DNA of 64,000 bases from an uncultured Chloroflexia bacterium (GCA_963700285.1 CAVOXA010000022.1:256001-320000), one strand, 5' to 3'; positions 9,935 to 21,066 are shown, counted from the first letter of the stretch. The notes: generated from the letters alone by a model not told the origin. Program-made: numbers and translations.

Positions 9935-11008
9935 GTGGTTGTGCAACGATTCAAGAACATTCTTGTGGTCGTTGATGAGAAAACTGAAAACAGGGTAGTC
10001 GTCGAACGGGCCGTGACCCTGGCTCAGCGAAACCAGGCTCGCCTGACGGTCGTCGACACCGTCAGAGACCTGCCCCGCCTGGTGCCCGTTCCAAAAGGCC
10101 CTGAGCCACTCGTCGACATCGACATTGTCGAGGAATGGCCCCCCGATGCGGACCGACCAGCCGCGCTGGAGCCGCCGGTGACTCTCAGCGAACAGCCCTA
10201 CGAAGCTCAGGCAGCGGCTGCAGAGGTGGCTGTGGTGATTCGGGAGCGTATCGTCGAGGAAGAGAGCCAGCGTCTGGAGCAGTGGCTAGACTTCATCCGA
10301 CGGAGAGGAGTTCCGGCTGACGGCAAGATGTTGTATGGAACGGCGTTTCTCGAGATCATCCGCGAGGTGTTGCGCAACGGGCATGACCTGGTGATGACCG
10401 CCGCCGAGGGCCGCGCCGCCGTGAAAGACAGGCTTTTTGGCAGCACAACCATGCACCTGATGCGCAAGTGCCCGTGTCCGGTGTGGGTAGTCAAGCCCGC
10501 CCAGCCCGAATGGCATACCCGCATCCTGGCCGCAGTGGATCCGTACTCTGCGGACGAGGAAAGGCACGCCCTCAATATCAAGATCATGGACCTGGCGACA
10601 GCGCTGGCCCGTCGGCAGCAGTGCGAACTGCTTGTCGTCCACACCTGGGCCTTTCCGGCTGAGTATTCCCTGAGAAGCGGGCATCTCGTGGCGTCAAGCG
10701 AGCTGGACAGGTGGGTCGGTGCGGACCGAGATTTGCGCAGGATCAGGCTTTCCGAGCTTGTGCAGCCGTACGCTTCGCAGGACCTAAAGTCTCAAGTGTA
10801 CATGTTGAAGGGCGAGCCGGGATACTTGATTCCCGAGGTAGCAGCAAAGATGGAGGCAGAACTGATCGTCATGGGTACGGTGAGCCGCACCGGGGTGGCC
10901 GGATTACTCATTGGCAACACCGCCGAAAGGATCCTCCGCCAAGTGGACTGTTCCGTGCTGGCGGTCAAACCTGATGGCTTCGTTACCCCAGTCACGTTGG
11001 ATGAATAG
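9935..11008 (+). CDS. Two-domain universal stress protein (UspE-like)
   Basis: FGSTTMHLMRKCPCPVWVVK; LIVMGTVSRTGVAGLLIGNTAERIL. Confidence 0.9.
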   Translation: MVVQRFKNILVVVDEKTENRVVVERAVTLAQRNQARLTVVDTVRDLPRLVPVPKGPEPLVDIDIVEEWPPDADRPAALEPPVTLSEQPYEAQAAAAEVAVVIRERIVEEESQRLEQWLDFIRRRGVPADGKMLYGTAFLEIIREVLRNGHDLVMTAAEGRAAVKDRLFGSTTMHLMRKCPCPVWVVKPAQPEWHTRILAAVDPYSADEERHALNIKIMDLATALARRQQCELLVVHTWAFPAEYSLRSGHLVASSELDRWVGADRDLRRIRLSELVQPYASQDLKSQVYMLKGEPGYLIPEVAAKMEAELIVMGTVSRTGVAGLLIGNTAERILRQVDCSVLAVKPDGFVTPVTLDE

Positions 11009-11093
11009 CCAAGACCTGTCAGGGTGGGAGCGTGGAACTATCACCGTGCCGTGAGGCTGCAACTCGACAATGAACCGTGGGAGATGCATCAAC

Positions 11094-13852
11094 ATGAAAC
11101 ATGGGCGACAACCGTGGACCTTGACAGCAAGCCAGGTCCTGGAGCTGCTCGACACCCCGCCCGAGACGGGGTTGAGTCAGGCCGAGGCCGCCCGCCGTCT
11201 GGTCGAGCATGGCCACAACGAGCTGGTCGGGAGTGGATTGAGAAACCCGTGGCGTATCCTGGCCACCCAGTTCATCGAGGTGATGGTCGTCGTCCTCATG
11301 GTGGCGGCCGCCATCTCACTCCTCGTCGGCGACTTCAAGGACGCCGTGGTCATCCTGATCATCGTCGTCCTCAACGCCGCGCTGGGCTTCACCCAGGAGT
11401 ACCGCGCCGAGCGGGCCATGGCTGCCCTGAAACAGATGGTCGTGCCCCAGATCAAGGGTGCGACGCGATGGACAGGTGTACGAGATATCGGCTCGCGGTC
11501 TGGTGCCGGGCGACTTGTTCCTGCTCGAAACCGGGGGCGCGGTGCCGGCCGACGGCCGCTTGCTGGAGAGTGTCAACCTGCGCCTGCAAGAGGCAGCCCT
11601 CACCGGCGAATCGGTGCCGGTCGAAAAAACGACTGAGGCCCTGGCCGGCGAGCATGCAGGCGTAGGCGACCGGCGCAACATGGTGTTCATGGGCACGGCT
11701 GTCACCTACGGGCGCGGGTTGGGCATCGTCACCGCCACCGGCATGGAGACCGAGCTGGGCCACATCGCCACCATGATCCAGGATGTAGAGGCCGAGCCAA
11801 CCCCCTTGCAGCGGCGCATGGCCCAATTGGGCAAGGGCCTGGCCGTGGCCGCCCTGGCCCTGGTGGGTCTCATCTTTGCCATTGGCCTGCTGCAAGGGAC
11901 GGACCTTACGACGATGTTCATGGTAGCCATCAGCCTGGCCGTGGCCGCCGTACCGGAGGGCCTGCCGGCCGTGGTTACCATCGCCCTGGCCTTGGGCGCC
12001 CAGCGAATGCTCAAGCGGCGCGCTCTCATCCGCAAGCTGCCGGCGGTGGAAACCCTGGGATCGGTCACGGTTATCTGCTCGGACAAGACCGGCACGCTGA
12101 CCGAGAACCGCATGACGGTGACCATTCTGGATGTGGCCGGGCATACGGTGGACCTGGTGGAGAAACTGCGCAAGTCCGGCCCCCTGCTCAGTCCCGACGA
12201 CACCCCGCTGGATACGCCCGAAGCGCCCCTGTCGCTGCTGCTGACGGCGACCGCTTTGTGCAATGACGCCATCCTGGAACCGGACGCAGAGCCCGGCGGC
12301 TACCGGGCCATCGGCGACCCTACCGAGGGGGCATTGGTGGTCGCCGCGGCGCGCATGGGCCTGTGGAAGGCAGACCTGGAGGCAGACCTGCCCCGCGTGG
12401 CCGAAGCGCCGTTCACCTCGGAGCGAAAACGCATGACGACGGTGCATCGGGGATTGCTAGATGGGAATGGTGCCCTATCTACCCGCCCACAGGGCATACC
12501 ACCATACCAGTATACCGCTTTCACCAAGGGCGCGGTGGATAGCCTGCTGGCGGTGAGCGATCGGGTGTGGGCCGACGGCCGGATCGAACCGCTGGACGGC
12601 GAGTGGCACCGTCGCATCGAGGCCGCCAACGACCGCCTGGCCCAGGAGGGGATGCGGGTACTGGGCGCCGCCTTCCGCCCGTTGGACGAACTGCCGGCCC
12701 CGGGCCACGAGGCAGAGCCTGGAGCAGGAGATGATCTTTGTCGGGCTGACCGGCATGATCGACCCGCCGCGGCCCGAGGTGCGCCAGGCCATCGACACCT
12801 GCCACACGGCCGGGATCCGCACGATGATGATCACCGGCGACCATCCCCTCACAGCGGCCAGCATCGCTCGCGAGTTGCGCATCGCCGACCCGGAGACGGG
12901 CAAGAACGGCACGCGCGTCGTCAGCGGCATGGAACTGGACCAGATGTCCGCGGCTGACCTGGAGGCGGTGGTGGATGAGGCGACGGTCTATGCCCGTGTC
13001 TCGCCGGAGCACAAGCTAAAGATCGTGGAGGCGCTGCAAGCCCACGGCCACATCGTGGCCATGACCGGCGATGGCGTGAACGACGCCCCGGCGCTCAAGC
13101 AGGCCGACATCGGCGTGGCCATGGGCATCACCGGCACCGACGTCAGCAAAGAGGCGGCCGACATGGTGCTGACCGACGACAACTTTGCCACCATCGTATC
13201 GGCCGTGGAGGAGGGCCGCACCATCTATGACAACATCCGCAAGTTCATCAAGTACACCCTCTCCAGCAACGTGGGCGAGATCGCGGCCATGCTCCTGGCC
13301 CTGCTCGCGGGTCTGCCCCTGCCCCTGACGGCGCTGCAGATCCTGTGGATCAACCTGGTGACTGACGGGCTGCCCGGACTGGCCCTGGGAGTGGAGCCCT
13401 CAGACCCGGATGTCATGGATCGCCCGCCCCACCATCCCCAGGAGAGCATCTTTGCCCGGGGCATGTGGCAGTATGTGCTCTGGGTGGGTGTCCTGATGGG
13501 CGTCATCGTCCTGGGCATCCAGTACGTGTTCTACCATGCCGGCAACCCAGCCTGGCAGACGATGGTCTTTACCACCCTCTGCCTGTCCCAGATGGGCAAC
13601 GCCCTGGCTATCCGTTCGGACAAGTACTCGCTCTTGGCCATCGGCCTCTTTTCCAACCCGGCGTTGGTGGGCGCGGTGCTGCTCACCTTTGGCCTGCAAA
13701 TGGCGGTGGTCTATGTGCCCTTCCTGCAGAACATCTTCAAGACGGTGGCCCTCAGCCCGCTGGAGCTGGCCATCTGCCTGGGTGCCAGTGCACTGGTCTT
13801 TTTGGCCGTCGAGGGGGTCAAGTGGATCAGGCGGCAGAGGGCCGGTCACTGA
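11094..13852 (+). CDS. P-type II cation (Ca2+-like) transporting ATPase, frameshifts near 11455 and 12715
   Basis: TGES, PEGL, DKTGTLT, KGA, MITGD and TGDGVNDAP motifs spread over three consecutive ORFs. Confidence 0.9.
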
Positions 13853-13891
13853 CGGGGCGATTCAGCCCGTACATTCTTGAGGAGATAACCT

Positions 13892-14545
13892 ATGGATATC
13901 TTGCATGACCTGATCGCGTGGACCACAAGTTGGGCCGATAGTCCCTACGGCGGGCTAGCACTGTTTGTCATCGCCTTTGCCGAATCATCGTTTTTTCCGG
14001 TGCCGCCGGATGCATTGTTGATCCCTCTGGCACTGGCCAAGACCTCCTGGGCACTGCTATTCGCTGTCGTAGCTACGGTCGGCTCGACGGTTGGTGGTAT
14101 CCTGGGCTTTTGCATCGGCGACAAGGGGGGACGCCCGTTTCTTCAACGCTTCTTCAAGCCGGAAAAAGTCGCCCTGGTGCAAGGCTATTACCGGCGCTAC
14201 GACGTATGGGCAGTGGGTATGGCCGGCTTCACTCCCATTCCCTACAAGCTCTTTTCCATCTCGGCGGGAGCGTTCGGGTTGGACCTCAAGCGATTCGTTC
14301 TGGCCTCAATCGTGGGGCGGGGAGGGCGTTTCTTCCTCGTAGGATTGGCGATCCTGTTCTTTGGCGAGTCGGTGAAGGCATTTCTCGACGAGTACTTTGA
14401 CCTGGCGCTGGTGGCCTTTGCTGTGCTGTTCATCGGCGGCTTCTATGCCATCAACCTACTTGCCCGGCGAGGAGCGCGCCAGGAAGAGCAGGTTTCTCCA
14501 CCACCGGCCAGCGGCCCTCCCTTTTCCTCAGCGAGGGAAGACTAG
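13892..14545 (+). CDS. YqaA/DedA family membrane protein
   Basis: AFAESSFFPVPPD and AGFTPIPYKLF motifs. Confidence 0.9.
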   Translation: MDILHDLIAWTTSWADSPYGGLALFVIAFAESSFFPVPPDALLIPLALAKTSWALLFAVVATVGSTVGGILGFCIGDKGGRPFLQRFFKPEKVALVQGYYRRYDVWAVGMAGFTPIPYKLFSISAGAFGLDLKRFVLASIVGRGGRFFLVGLAILFFGESVKAFLDEYFDLALVAFAVLFIGGFYAINLLARRGARQEEQVSPPPASGPPFSSARED

Positions 14546-14581
14546 ACCCGCCGTTGCACCGCCACAAAGAGGGGAATCGAT

Positions 14582-15844
14582 TTGGAAAGCTGGCTGAGCA
14601 ATCTATCACTGGAATTGTGGCAAAAGTTCGCTCTGGCCGCACTCATTGGACTCATGGTGGGCCTGGAACGAGAACACTCGCAGCAGGAGGAGACAGCCCA
14701 CTTTGCCGGCATCCGAACCTTTCCGCTGATCGCCCTGCTCGGCTGTACCGCCGCGCTGCTATCCGCGGAAGGACAATCCTGGCTTTTTGCCGTCGGCTTT
14801 GCCGGGTTGGCGGCTCTCGTCGTGACCGTGTACGCTTTTTCTGTCCAGCACGGCAACCTGGGGGTTACGACCGAGGCTGTCGTGCTTTTGGTCTATCTGA
14901 TTGGCGGGATGATCTATTGGGATCAGATCTGGCTCGCTATCGCGCTGGGCATAGTAGTCACGGTCTTGCTGGTCTTGCGCCCTACCCTGCACAAGCTGGT
15001 GGATCGCATCGATCGAGAGGATATCTATGCGGCCCTCAAGCTGGCGGTGGTCAGCGCTGTTGTTTTGCCACTTCTTCCCAACGAGGCCTACGGCCCTCTA
15101 AACGTACTCAATCCCTTTCGCATCTGGCTGATGGTCGTGTTTGTATCAGCGGTCAGCTTCTCGGGCTATATCGGCATCAAACTACTGGGCCCGCGAAAGG
15201 GTGTAGGGTTCGCGGGTTTGCTGGGAGGGTTGATCTCCAGTACAGCGGTGACCTTGGGTTTTTCCCAACGCAGCAGGGAAACGCCATCTCTGGGGCCGTA
15301 TCTTGCCTTGGGTATTACGTTGGCCTCCACCACCATGTACCCCATCATTGTTCTCCAGGTCCTGGCCTTCAACTCAACTCTGGCAGAACGGGTATGGCCG
15401 CCCATGGCTCTGCTCGCCGGTCTGGGCGCGGGAAGCTGTATCATCCTCTGGCGGATTGCAGGCTCGGGAGAAACAGAAAGCACGGACTTTGCCAACCCTT
15501 TTCGCCTCTGGCCAGCGATCCAATTCGGGCTGCTTTTTGGGGTTGTGCTATTGGTGACAAAAGCGGCACAGGTTGCCTTGGGCGACGTCGGTGTCTACGT
15601 AGCCAGTTTCCTGGCTGGCCTGACCGGCCTGGATGCGATCACACTCTCGATGGCCCAACTGGCGGGCAGCGAGGTCTCCTACCAGGTGGCGACTCAGGCG
15701 CTTCTTCTGGCAACTGTGGCCAATACTCTGGCCAAAGGTGGCCTGGTCCTCGCCCTCGGTGCGCCAGCGTTGCGCCGCAGCACGCTTCCGGTGTTCGGCC
15801 TTTTGTCCTTGGCTGGCCTGGGCCTGGCCGTTTGGCTGTCCTGA
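14582..15844 (+). CDS. MgtC/SapB family protein with DUF4010
   Basis: GLMVGLERE, AGIRTFPLI, GVTTE, GGLISSTAVT, GLTGLDAI. Confidence 0.88.
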   Translation: MESWLSNLSLELWQKFALAALIGLMVGLEREHSQQEETAHFAGIRTFPLIALLGCTAALLSAEGQSWLFAVGFAGLAALVVTVYAFSVQHGNLGVTTEAVVLLVYLIGGMIYWDQIWLAIALGIVVTVLLVLRPTLHKLVDRIDREDIYAALKLAVVSAVVLPLLPNEAYGPLNVLNPFRIWLMVVFVSAVSFSGYIGIKLLGPRKGVGFAGLLGGLISSTAVTLGFSQRSRETPSLGPYLALGITLASTTMYPIIVLQVLAFNSTLAERVWPPMALLAGLGAGSCIILWRIAGSGETESTDFANPFRLWPAIQFGLLFGVVLLVTKAAQVALGDVGVYVASFLAGLTGLDAITLSMAQLAGSEVSYQVATQALLLATVANTLAKGGLVLALGAPALRRSTLPVFGLLSLAGLGLAVWLS

Positions 15845-16460
15845 AGGCTGTCAGAGCAGCCATGCGAACCACGGGAGCTAGTCCAGAAGTGCGCCAAGCG
15901 GGTCAACCTTTTAGGGGAGTTCAATGACTGGGATACCATGTCAACACCTATGACTCGCAAGCGGGCCGATGCCAATTGGAAAGCGATCGTCGAACCGGAA
16001 ACCGGCTGGCTGTCCTGGCCGAATATTCTCATCCGTTCTAGAAAAACGACCCATACCGTCGTTCCGTGGTAGAGAAGTAGGCTGCGATGGTGACTCGTGC
16101 TTTATATCACACGACAAGGCCACGGTCAAGACTCTTGGGCATCTCGCAGTGTGTCCATTTCGGTGGAAACTCCTGTGGCACGGATCGCCCCGGGCCAAAG
16201 TCGCAGAGCCACGGAGCGGTGCCGGTTCAAACCGGCTGAAATGCAGCAACCGACCTCGCCGGTATCGTCTCGCGCCCTGGGCTTTTAGACGACATAGATA
16301 AGGTTAGGTTGGGTTCTGCACCACCTAGAGCTGCGCGTGAGGCGGTTCTGTGGTAGACTATGTACCAGTGTTCCACTGGCGGGTCCGCGGTCCACAAGCT
16401 GGGCAAAGAAGAGCTTGCTATCAAAGAGTCGACCGGGCATACCAGCGAGAGGAGAGGAAG

Positions 16461-16765
16461 ATGGCGGAACAACCGAAGGGGCCGTACAACATCCTATTCG
16501 TACTCACGGACTAGGAACGGCATTTCGACGAGTACCCCGAGGGCGTGGAGCGCCCTGCCCTCCAGCGCTTGCAGGCCATGGGCACCACCTTCACCAACCA
16601 CCAGATCTGCAGCGCCGTGTGCACGTCATCTCGGTCGAATATCTTTGCCGGTCAGCACATCGTGCACTCGGGCATGTTCGACAACACCAACTTTGCCTGG
16701 CAGGGCAACCTGTCGACCGAGGTCCCGACCATGGGCCACCGCATGCGCCAGGCGGGCTACTATCA
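16461..16765 (+). pseudogene. Truncated sulfatase N-terminus
   Basis: MAEQPKGPYNILFVLTD*ER (TAG at 16512 where homologues usually have Q)...SAVCTSSRSNIFAGQH...TMGHRMRQAGYY, then similarity is lost where the duplicated segment begins. Confidence 0.7.
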
Positions 16766-16875
16766 GCGCCGGTTAGTGGTCGCGGTTTCTTTGACCTCTG
16801 CGTGTGGGCATGGTACAATGACCGGGCCGCATATCCGTAGCAGACTTCTTACGATCCCTTGAGCGAGGCGCAGAT

Positions 16876-17250
16876 ATGTCTCCTACCCAAACCAAAGGCC
16901 AGTTGGAGTCCAAGATCGCCACGGCCATCACCCAGTTTGACCGAGAGCACCTGGGGCGCGGCCCTCATAAGGTGCGCGCCTGGATCATCCAGGACATGAT
17001 CCTGCTCCGTCTCCAGGGAGTCCTTACCCCAGCCGAATAGACACTGGCCCGGGACCCGGAGGGGCATCGCCTGATCAAGGAGGTTCGCAAGCAGTTGATC
17101 GAGGGTTCTCGCCCCCTGTTCGATGATATGATCGAGTGCCTTTCCGGGGTTCGCGTGGTCAGCTTGCACAGCGACATGAGCATCAAGCAGGGCGAACGGA
17201 TCATCGTCTTCACGCTGGCCGAAGACCTGGAGTCCCAGTTCACGCCCTAA
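16876..17250 (+). pseudogene. Duplicate DUF2294/MpsC gene with in-frame TAG at 17038
   Basis: Close nucleotide copy of 5942..6316; GAG codon changed to TAG. Confidence 0.8.
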
Positions 17251-17387
17251 TGCAGGCGACGCCGCCATCTTTCCATTCTGGTATCCGTCGCCCAGTCTGC
17301 TGGGCGATCCTCCCGTAGGTTCTGGATGACTTGCCTTTGACAAGCGGCGATTCTTGTGCTAGACTACGATTAGTCAGATAGGACACA

Positions 17388-17492
17388 GCTTGGCAGGCAG
17401 GGTGGAAGGTAAGCTCTAGGAACAAGAGCAGACCAGCCGCTGGGTAGGCCAACACCGCAGCCTGAAAGGGTAGCTGGGAGTTGGCCTTTTTT
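17388..17492 (+). ncRNA. Putative Na+-I (DUF1646-like) riboswitch with terminator, unit 1 of second leader
   Basis: TTGGCAGGCAGGGTGGAAGGTAAGCTCT...AGAGCAGACCAGCCGCTGGGTAGGCCAAC then GTTGGCC-TTTTTT; compensatory stem changes relative to 6563-6665. Confidence 0.65.
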
Positions 17493-17514
17493 AGTCTCGC
17501 GTTGACCAGATACT

Positions 17515-17620
17515 GACCGGCAGATAAGGTGGAAGCTAGGCCCTTGCCACAAAGGCAGACCAGCTGTAGCGTAGGCCAGCACCGCACCCTCTTGAGGGTG
17601 CCGGCTGTTGGCCTTTTTTT
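17515..17620 (+). ncRNA. Second tandem riboswitch-like unit with terminator
   Basis: GGCAGATAAGGTGGAAG...GCAGACCAGCTGTAGCGTAGGCCAGC; terminator GGCCAGCA...TGTTGGCC-T7. Confidence 0.55.
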
Positions 17621-17738
17621 CTATACCCGGGTGATGAGTTGTGTGGGAGCCCAGAAAGTCGTAAAGCATGCTTCCTGTTGGGTGCTGGTGGTACGGTGAG
17701 AGAAAGGCCGGTTCACAAATGAGAAGGATCCAGGCCTG

Positions 17739-18956
17739 ATGCTTCCATTCTTGCAGTTTATCTTTGCCATCGCCATCATCATCGCTGCCGCAAAGGCGGG
17801 CGGCTACCTGAGTCACCGATTGAGGCAACCCGCGGTTGTAGGTGAAGTGCTCGCCGGCCTGATACTGGGGCCTTCGGTACTGAATTTCCTGCAGTGGTCC
17901 ATATTTACCAACCCACACCTGGGCGAGAGTATCGTCTATCTCGCGGAGCTGGGTGTCTTGTTGCTGATGTTCATTGCCGGTCTTAACCTCCATCTCTCCG
18001 ATCTGGCAGAATCGGGCAAAGTTGCTCTACTGGCCGGTAGTCTGGGGTTCGCATTTACCCTGGGATTGGGGTTCCTCCTGGCAATGGCCTTCTCTTTTGA
18101 TCCCCGGCAGGCCCTGTTTCTGGGCTTGCTCCTGGCTCCAACCAGCATTGGCATTTCAGCCCAAACCCTGATAGAACTCAAGGTGTTGCGCACCAGAGTG
18201 GGAGTCAGCCTCCTGGGTGCAGCAGTAGTTGATGATTCCTTGGCAGTGTTGGGCGTGTCCGTGTTTCTTGCTCTATTGGGAAGCGGAGCCACGGATGGCC
18301 TGGCAAGTGGAATCTTGGTTCTGGTGAGAATGACGCTGTACCTGGTCGTTGCTTCCGCCCTGGGCATCTGGCTGGTTCCGAAATTGAGCCGTATCGCAGA
18401 GAAGCTGCCGGTCAGCCAGGGGCTCATCGCCTTTGTGTTTGTCACGGTGTTGCTGTACGCCTGGGCGGCCCAAGTACTGGGCGGGATGGCGGCGATCATC
18501 GGTGCGTTCATGGCCGGCCTCTTCCTGGCGCGCTGCCCGCTCAGGCAGCGCATCGAAGTCGGATTCGCACCTCTGGTCTATGGCATATTTGTGCCCATCT
18601 TTTTCGTCAGTGTTGGCCTCTCGGCCAATCTTCGCCAGATCACTGCTAGCGGTATTGTGCTCGTTGTTGCCTTGTGCCTTGTGGTCATCCTGACCAAACT
18701 GCTCGGGGCCGGTCTTTCTGGTCTTATCGGAGGAATGAGAGGTCAGGAAATCCTGCAACTGGGCTTCGGAATGATACCCCGTGGGGAGGTGACGCTGATT
18801 GTCGCCACCGTGGGAGTCACGGAAGGCTTGATCGGGGTGGAGATCTTTTCGGTCGTGGTTGGGATAGTAATCGTATCCGTGTTGCTGACGCCTCTGTTGT
18901 TGCGGCGCGCGTTCGCCCGGCCCGCGGCACCCAACCTGCACCTGCAGGGTTCCTAA
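17739..18956 (+). CDS. Cation:proton antiporter (CPA2/NapA/KefB-like)
   Basis: QPAVVGEVLAGLILGP, TSIGIS, AAVVDD, GAFMAG, GMIPRGEV. Confidence 0.92.
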   Translation: MLPFLQFIFAIAIIIAAAKAGGYLSHRLRQPAVVGEVLAGLILGPSVLNFLQWSIFTNPHLGESIVYLAELGVLLLMFIAGLNLHLSDLAESGKVALLAGSLGFAFTLGLGFLLAMAFSFDPRQALFLGLLLAPTSIGISAQTLIELKVLRTRVGVSLLGAAVVDDSLAVLGVSVFLALLGSGATDGLASGILVLVRMTLYLVVASALGIWLVPKLSRIAEKLPVSQGLIAFVFVTVLLYAWAAQVLGGMAAIIGAFMAGLFLARCPLRQRIEVGFAPLVYGIFVPIFFVSVGLSANLRQITASGIVLVVALCLVVILTKLLGAGLSGLIGGMRGQEILQLGFGMIPRGEVTLIVATVGVTEGLIGVEIFSVVVGIVIVSVLLTPLLLRRAFARPAAPNLHLQGS

Positions 18957-18973
18957 TAAACAAGGAGATGTGC

Positions 18974-19336
18974 ATGGCTCATTTGGTCGTGTTGGTACTA
19001 GATGATCCGGACCGATGTCGAGACGTGTTGGATGCCTGGGAGGCGGCAGGCGCGCCAGGGGTCACGATTCTGGATAGCTCAGGCTTGGGCCGGGTGCGCC
19101 AGGCGGGCATACGAGATGATATGCCGCTCTTGCCCAGCTTGAGCGATCTGTTCCGACGTCAAGAGGATTGTCACCGGACCCTGTTCTCTGTAGTCAAGGA
19201 ACAGTCTCAGGTAGAGGCCATCGCCCAGGCAACCCAAGCAATCATCGGTGAACTCGACCGTGGACACACAGGCCTGCTGTTCGTCGTCCCGGTCGGCCAG
19301 GTCTACGGACTGAACAAGAAAAGGGAGAGCGATTGA
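18974..19336 (+). CDS. PII-like protein
   Basis: LVVLVLDD...GVTILDSSGLG...TGLLFVVPVGQVYG; AAGGAG RBS. Confidence 0.75.
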   Translation: MAHLVVLVLDDPDRCRDVLDAWEAAGAPGVTILDSSGLGRVRQAGIRDDMPLLPSLSDLFRRQEDCHRTLFSVVKEQSQVEAIAQATQAIIGELDRGHTGLLFVVPVGQVYGLNKKRESD

Positions 19337-19339
19337 TCT

Positions 19340-19472
19340 ACACGCGTGTTCGGGCGCCCTCGCGCGAGTATGACCCGGTCTGCAGAAGCAAACGAGGTAG
19401 CGCTGATCGTTTTGTCCACTCGCGGGCGATCTGGCTCCAGCCACTGGCTGATGGGCAGCGTGGCCGATCGTA
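19340..19472 (+). pseudogene. Remnant of single-domain USP
   Basis: EANEVALIVLSTRGRSGSSHWLMGSVADR matches the C-terminal part of 9480..9923. Confidence 0.6.
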
Positions 19473-19537
19473 AGGAGTGCTGCACTACATTCGGTTGCCG
19501 ACCAGGCAGGGAGGGTGATCATAAAGAGGAGGACATT

Positions 19538-20605
19538 GTGCAACGCTTCAAAGATATTCTTGTAGTCGTTGATGAGAAAACTGAGAACAGGCCGGTCGTC
19601 GAACGGGCCGTGACCCTGGCTCAGCGAAACCAGGCTCGCCTGACGGTCGTCGACACCGTCAGAGAACTGCCCCGCCTGGCGCCCGTGCCGGATGTCCCTG
19701 AGCCACTCGTCGACATCGACATTGTCGAGAAATGGCCCCCCGATGCGGACAGACCAGCCGCGGTGGAGCCGCCGGTGATGCTCAGCGACCAGCCCTACGA
19801 AGCGCAGGTACCGGCTGTAGAGGTGGGTGTGGTGATTCGGGAGCGTATTGTCGAGGAAGAGAGCCAGCGTCTGGAGCAGTGGCTAGACTTTATCCGGCAA
19901 AGAGGAGTCCCGGCTGGCGGCAAGATGTTGTACGGCACGGCGTTTCTCGAGATCATCCGCGAGGTGTTGCGCAACGGACATGACCTGGTGATGACCGCTG
20001 CGGAGGCCCGCGCCGCCGTGAAAGACAGGCTTTTTGGCAGCACAGCCATGCACCTGATGCGCAAGTGCCCGTGTCCGGTGTGGGTAGTCAAGCCCACCCA
20101 GCCCGAAACGCATACCCGCATCCTGGCCGCAGTCGATCCGTACCCTGCGGACGAGGAAAGGCACGCCCTCAATATCAAGATCATGGACCTGGCGACAGTG
20201 CTGGCCCGCCGGCAGCAGTACGAACTGCTCGTTGTACACACCTGGACCTTTCCCGCTGAGCATTCCTTGGGAAGCGGGTATCTCGTGGCGTCAAGCGAGC
20301 TGGACAGGTGGGTCCGTATGGACCGAGATTTGCGCAAGATCAGGCTTGCCGAGCTTGTGCGGCCCTACGTTTCGCAGGACCTAAAGTCTCAAGTGTACAT
20401 GTTGAAGGGCGAGCCGGGATACTTGATTCCCGAGGTAGCAGCAAAGATGGAGGTAGGACTGATCGTCATGGGTACGGTGAGCCGCACCGGGGTGGCCGGA
20501 TTGCTCATTGGCAACACCGCCGAGAGGATCCTCCGCCAGGTGGACTGTTCCGTGCTGGCGGTCAAGCCTGATGGCTTCGTTAGCCCTGTGATGTTGGACG
20601 AATAG
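19538..20605 (+). CDS. Two-domain universal stress protein, duplicate of 9935..11008
   Basis: Near-identical protein and DNA; GAGGAGG RBS. Confidence 0.9.
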   Translation: MQRFKDILVVVDEKTENRPVVERAVTLAQRNQARLTVVDTVRELPRLAPVPDVPEPLVDIDIVEKWPPDADRPAAVEPPVMLSDQPYEAQVPAVEVGVVIRERIVEEESQRLEQWLDFIRQRGVPAGGKMLYGTAFLEIIREVLRNGHDLVMTAAEARAAVKDRLFGSTAMHLMRKCPCPVWVVKPTQPETHTRILAAVDPYPADEERHALNIKIMDLATVLARRQQYELLVVHTWTFPAEHSLGSGYLVASSELDRWVRMDRDLRKIRLAELVRPYVSQDLKSQVYMLKGEPGYLIPEVAAKMEVGLIVMGTVSRTGVAGLLIGNTAERILRQVDCSVLAVKPDGFVSPVMLDE

Positions 20606-20662
20606 ACAAGACCTATGGCGTAGTCGATCTCCGTCATTATTCACTATTTACGTAATCTTAAC

Positions 20663-20691
20663 TTGACAAATACCCTCCTTCAGCATAGAAT
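20663..20691 (+). promoter_or_regulatory. Sigma70-type promoter
   Basis: TTGACA-17 nt-TAGAAT. Confidence 0.65.
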
Positions 20692-20759
20692 AAAGATGAA
20701 GCGGGACGCGGCCCGGCGCTCTTCTGAGCAGATTGAAAACCAACGACAGGGAGAAAAGC

Positions 20760-21043
20760 ATGAAAAAGTTCGTCCTGGCACACTATGGCTATGAGACACC
20801 GACACCGGAGATCATGGATGCCTGGGGCAACTGGTTTTCATCCCGGGGATCGTCGAAAACGTCGGCCCGTTTGGGACTGGGGTTGAGATCAGCGACACCG
20901 GCACCAGGGAGCTGCCGCTGAACGAGGAAGCAGCGACCGGCTACTCTATCATCGAAGCGGAAAGTCTTGATGTCGCGGTGGCCATCGCACAAGAGTGTCC
21001 GTTCATCACAAGCATCAGGGTCTACGAGGTTATGGCGATGTAG
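20760..21043 (+). CDS. YciI-like small protein, frameshifted near 20845
   Basis: MKKFVLAHYGYETPTPEIMDAWGNWF / ...ELPLNEEAATGYSIIEAESLDVAVAIAQECPFITSIRVYEV. Confidence 0.7.
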
Positions 21044-21066
21044 CGTTGCTGGGCGGTTCAGCCCCT

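Noticed and set aside
15850-16450. Lower-GC intergenic stretch with short ORFs
   Set aside because: No recognisable protein motif, repeat or RNA structure.
16512-17040. Pyrrolysine read-through of TAG in the sulfatase and second DUF2294
   Set aside because: The TAGs are single changes from Gln/Glu codons (the paralog has GAG), the sulfatase is also truncated, and no pyl genes are seen. Decay is the simpler explanation.
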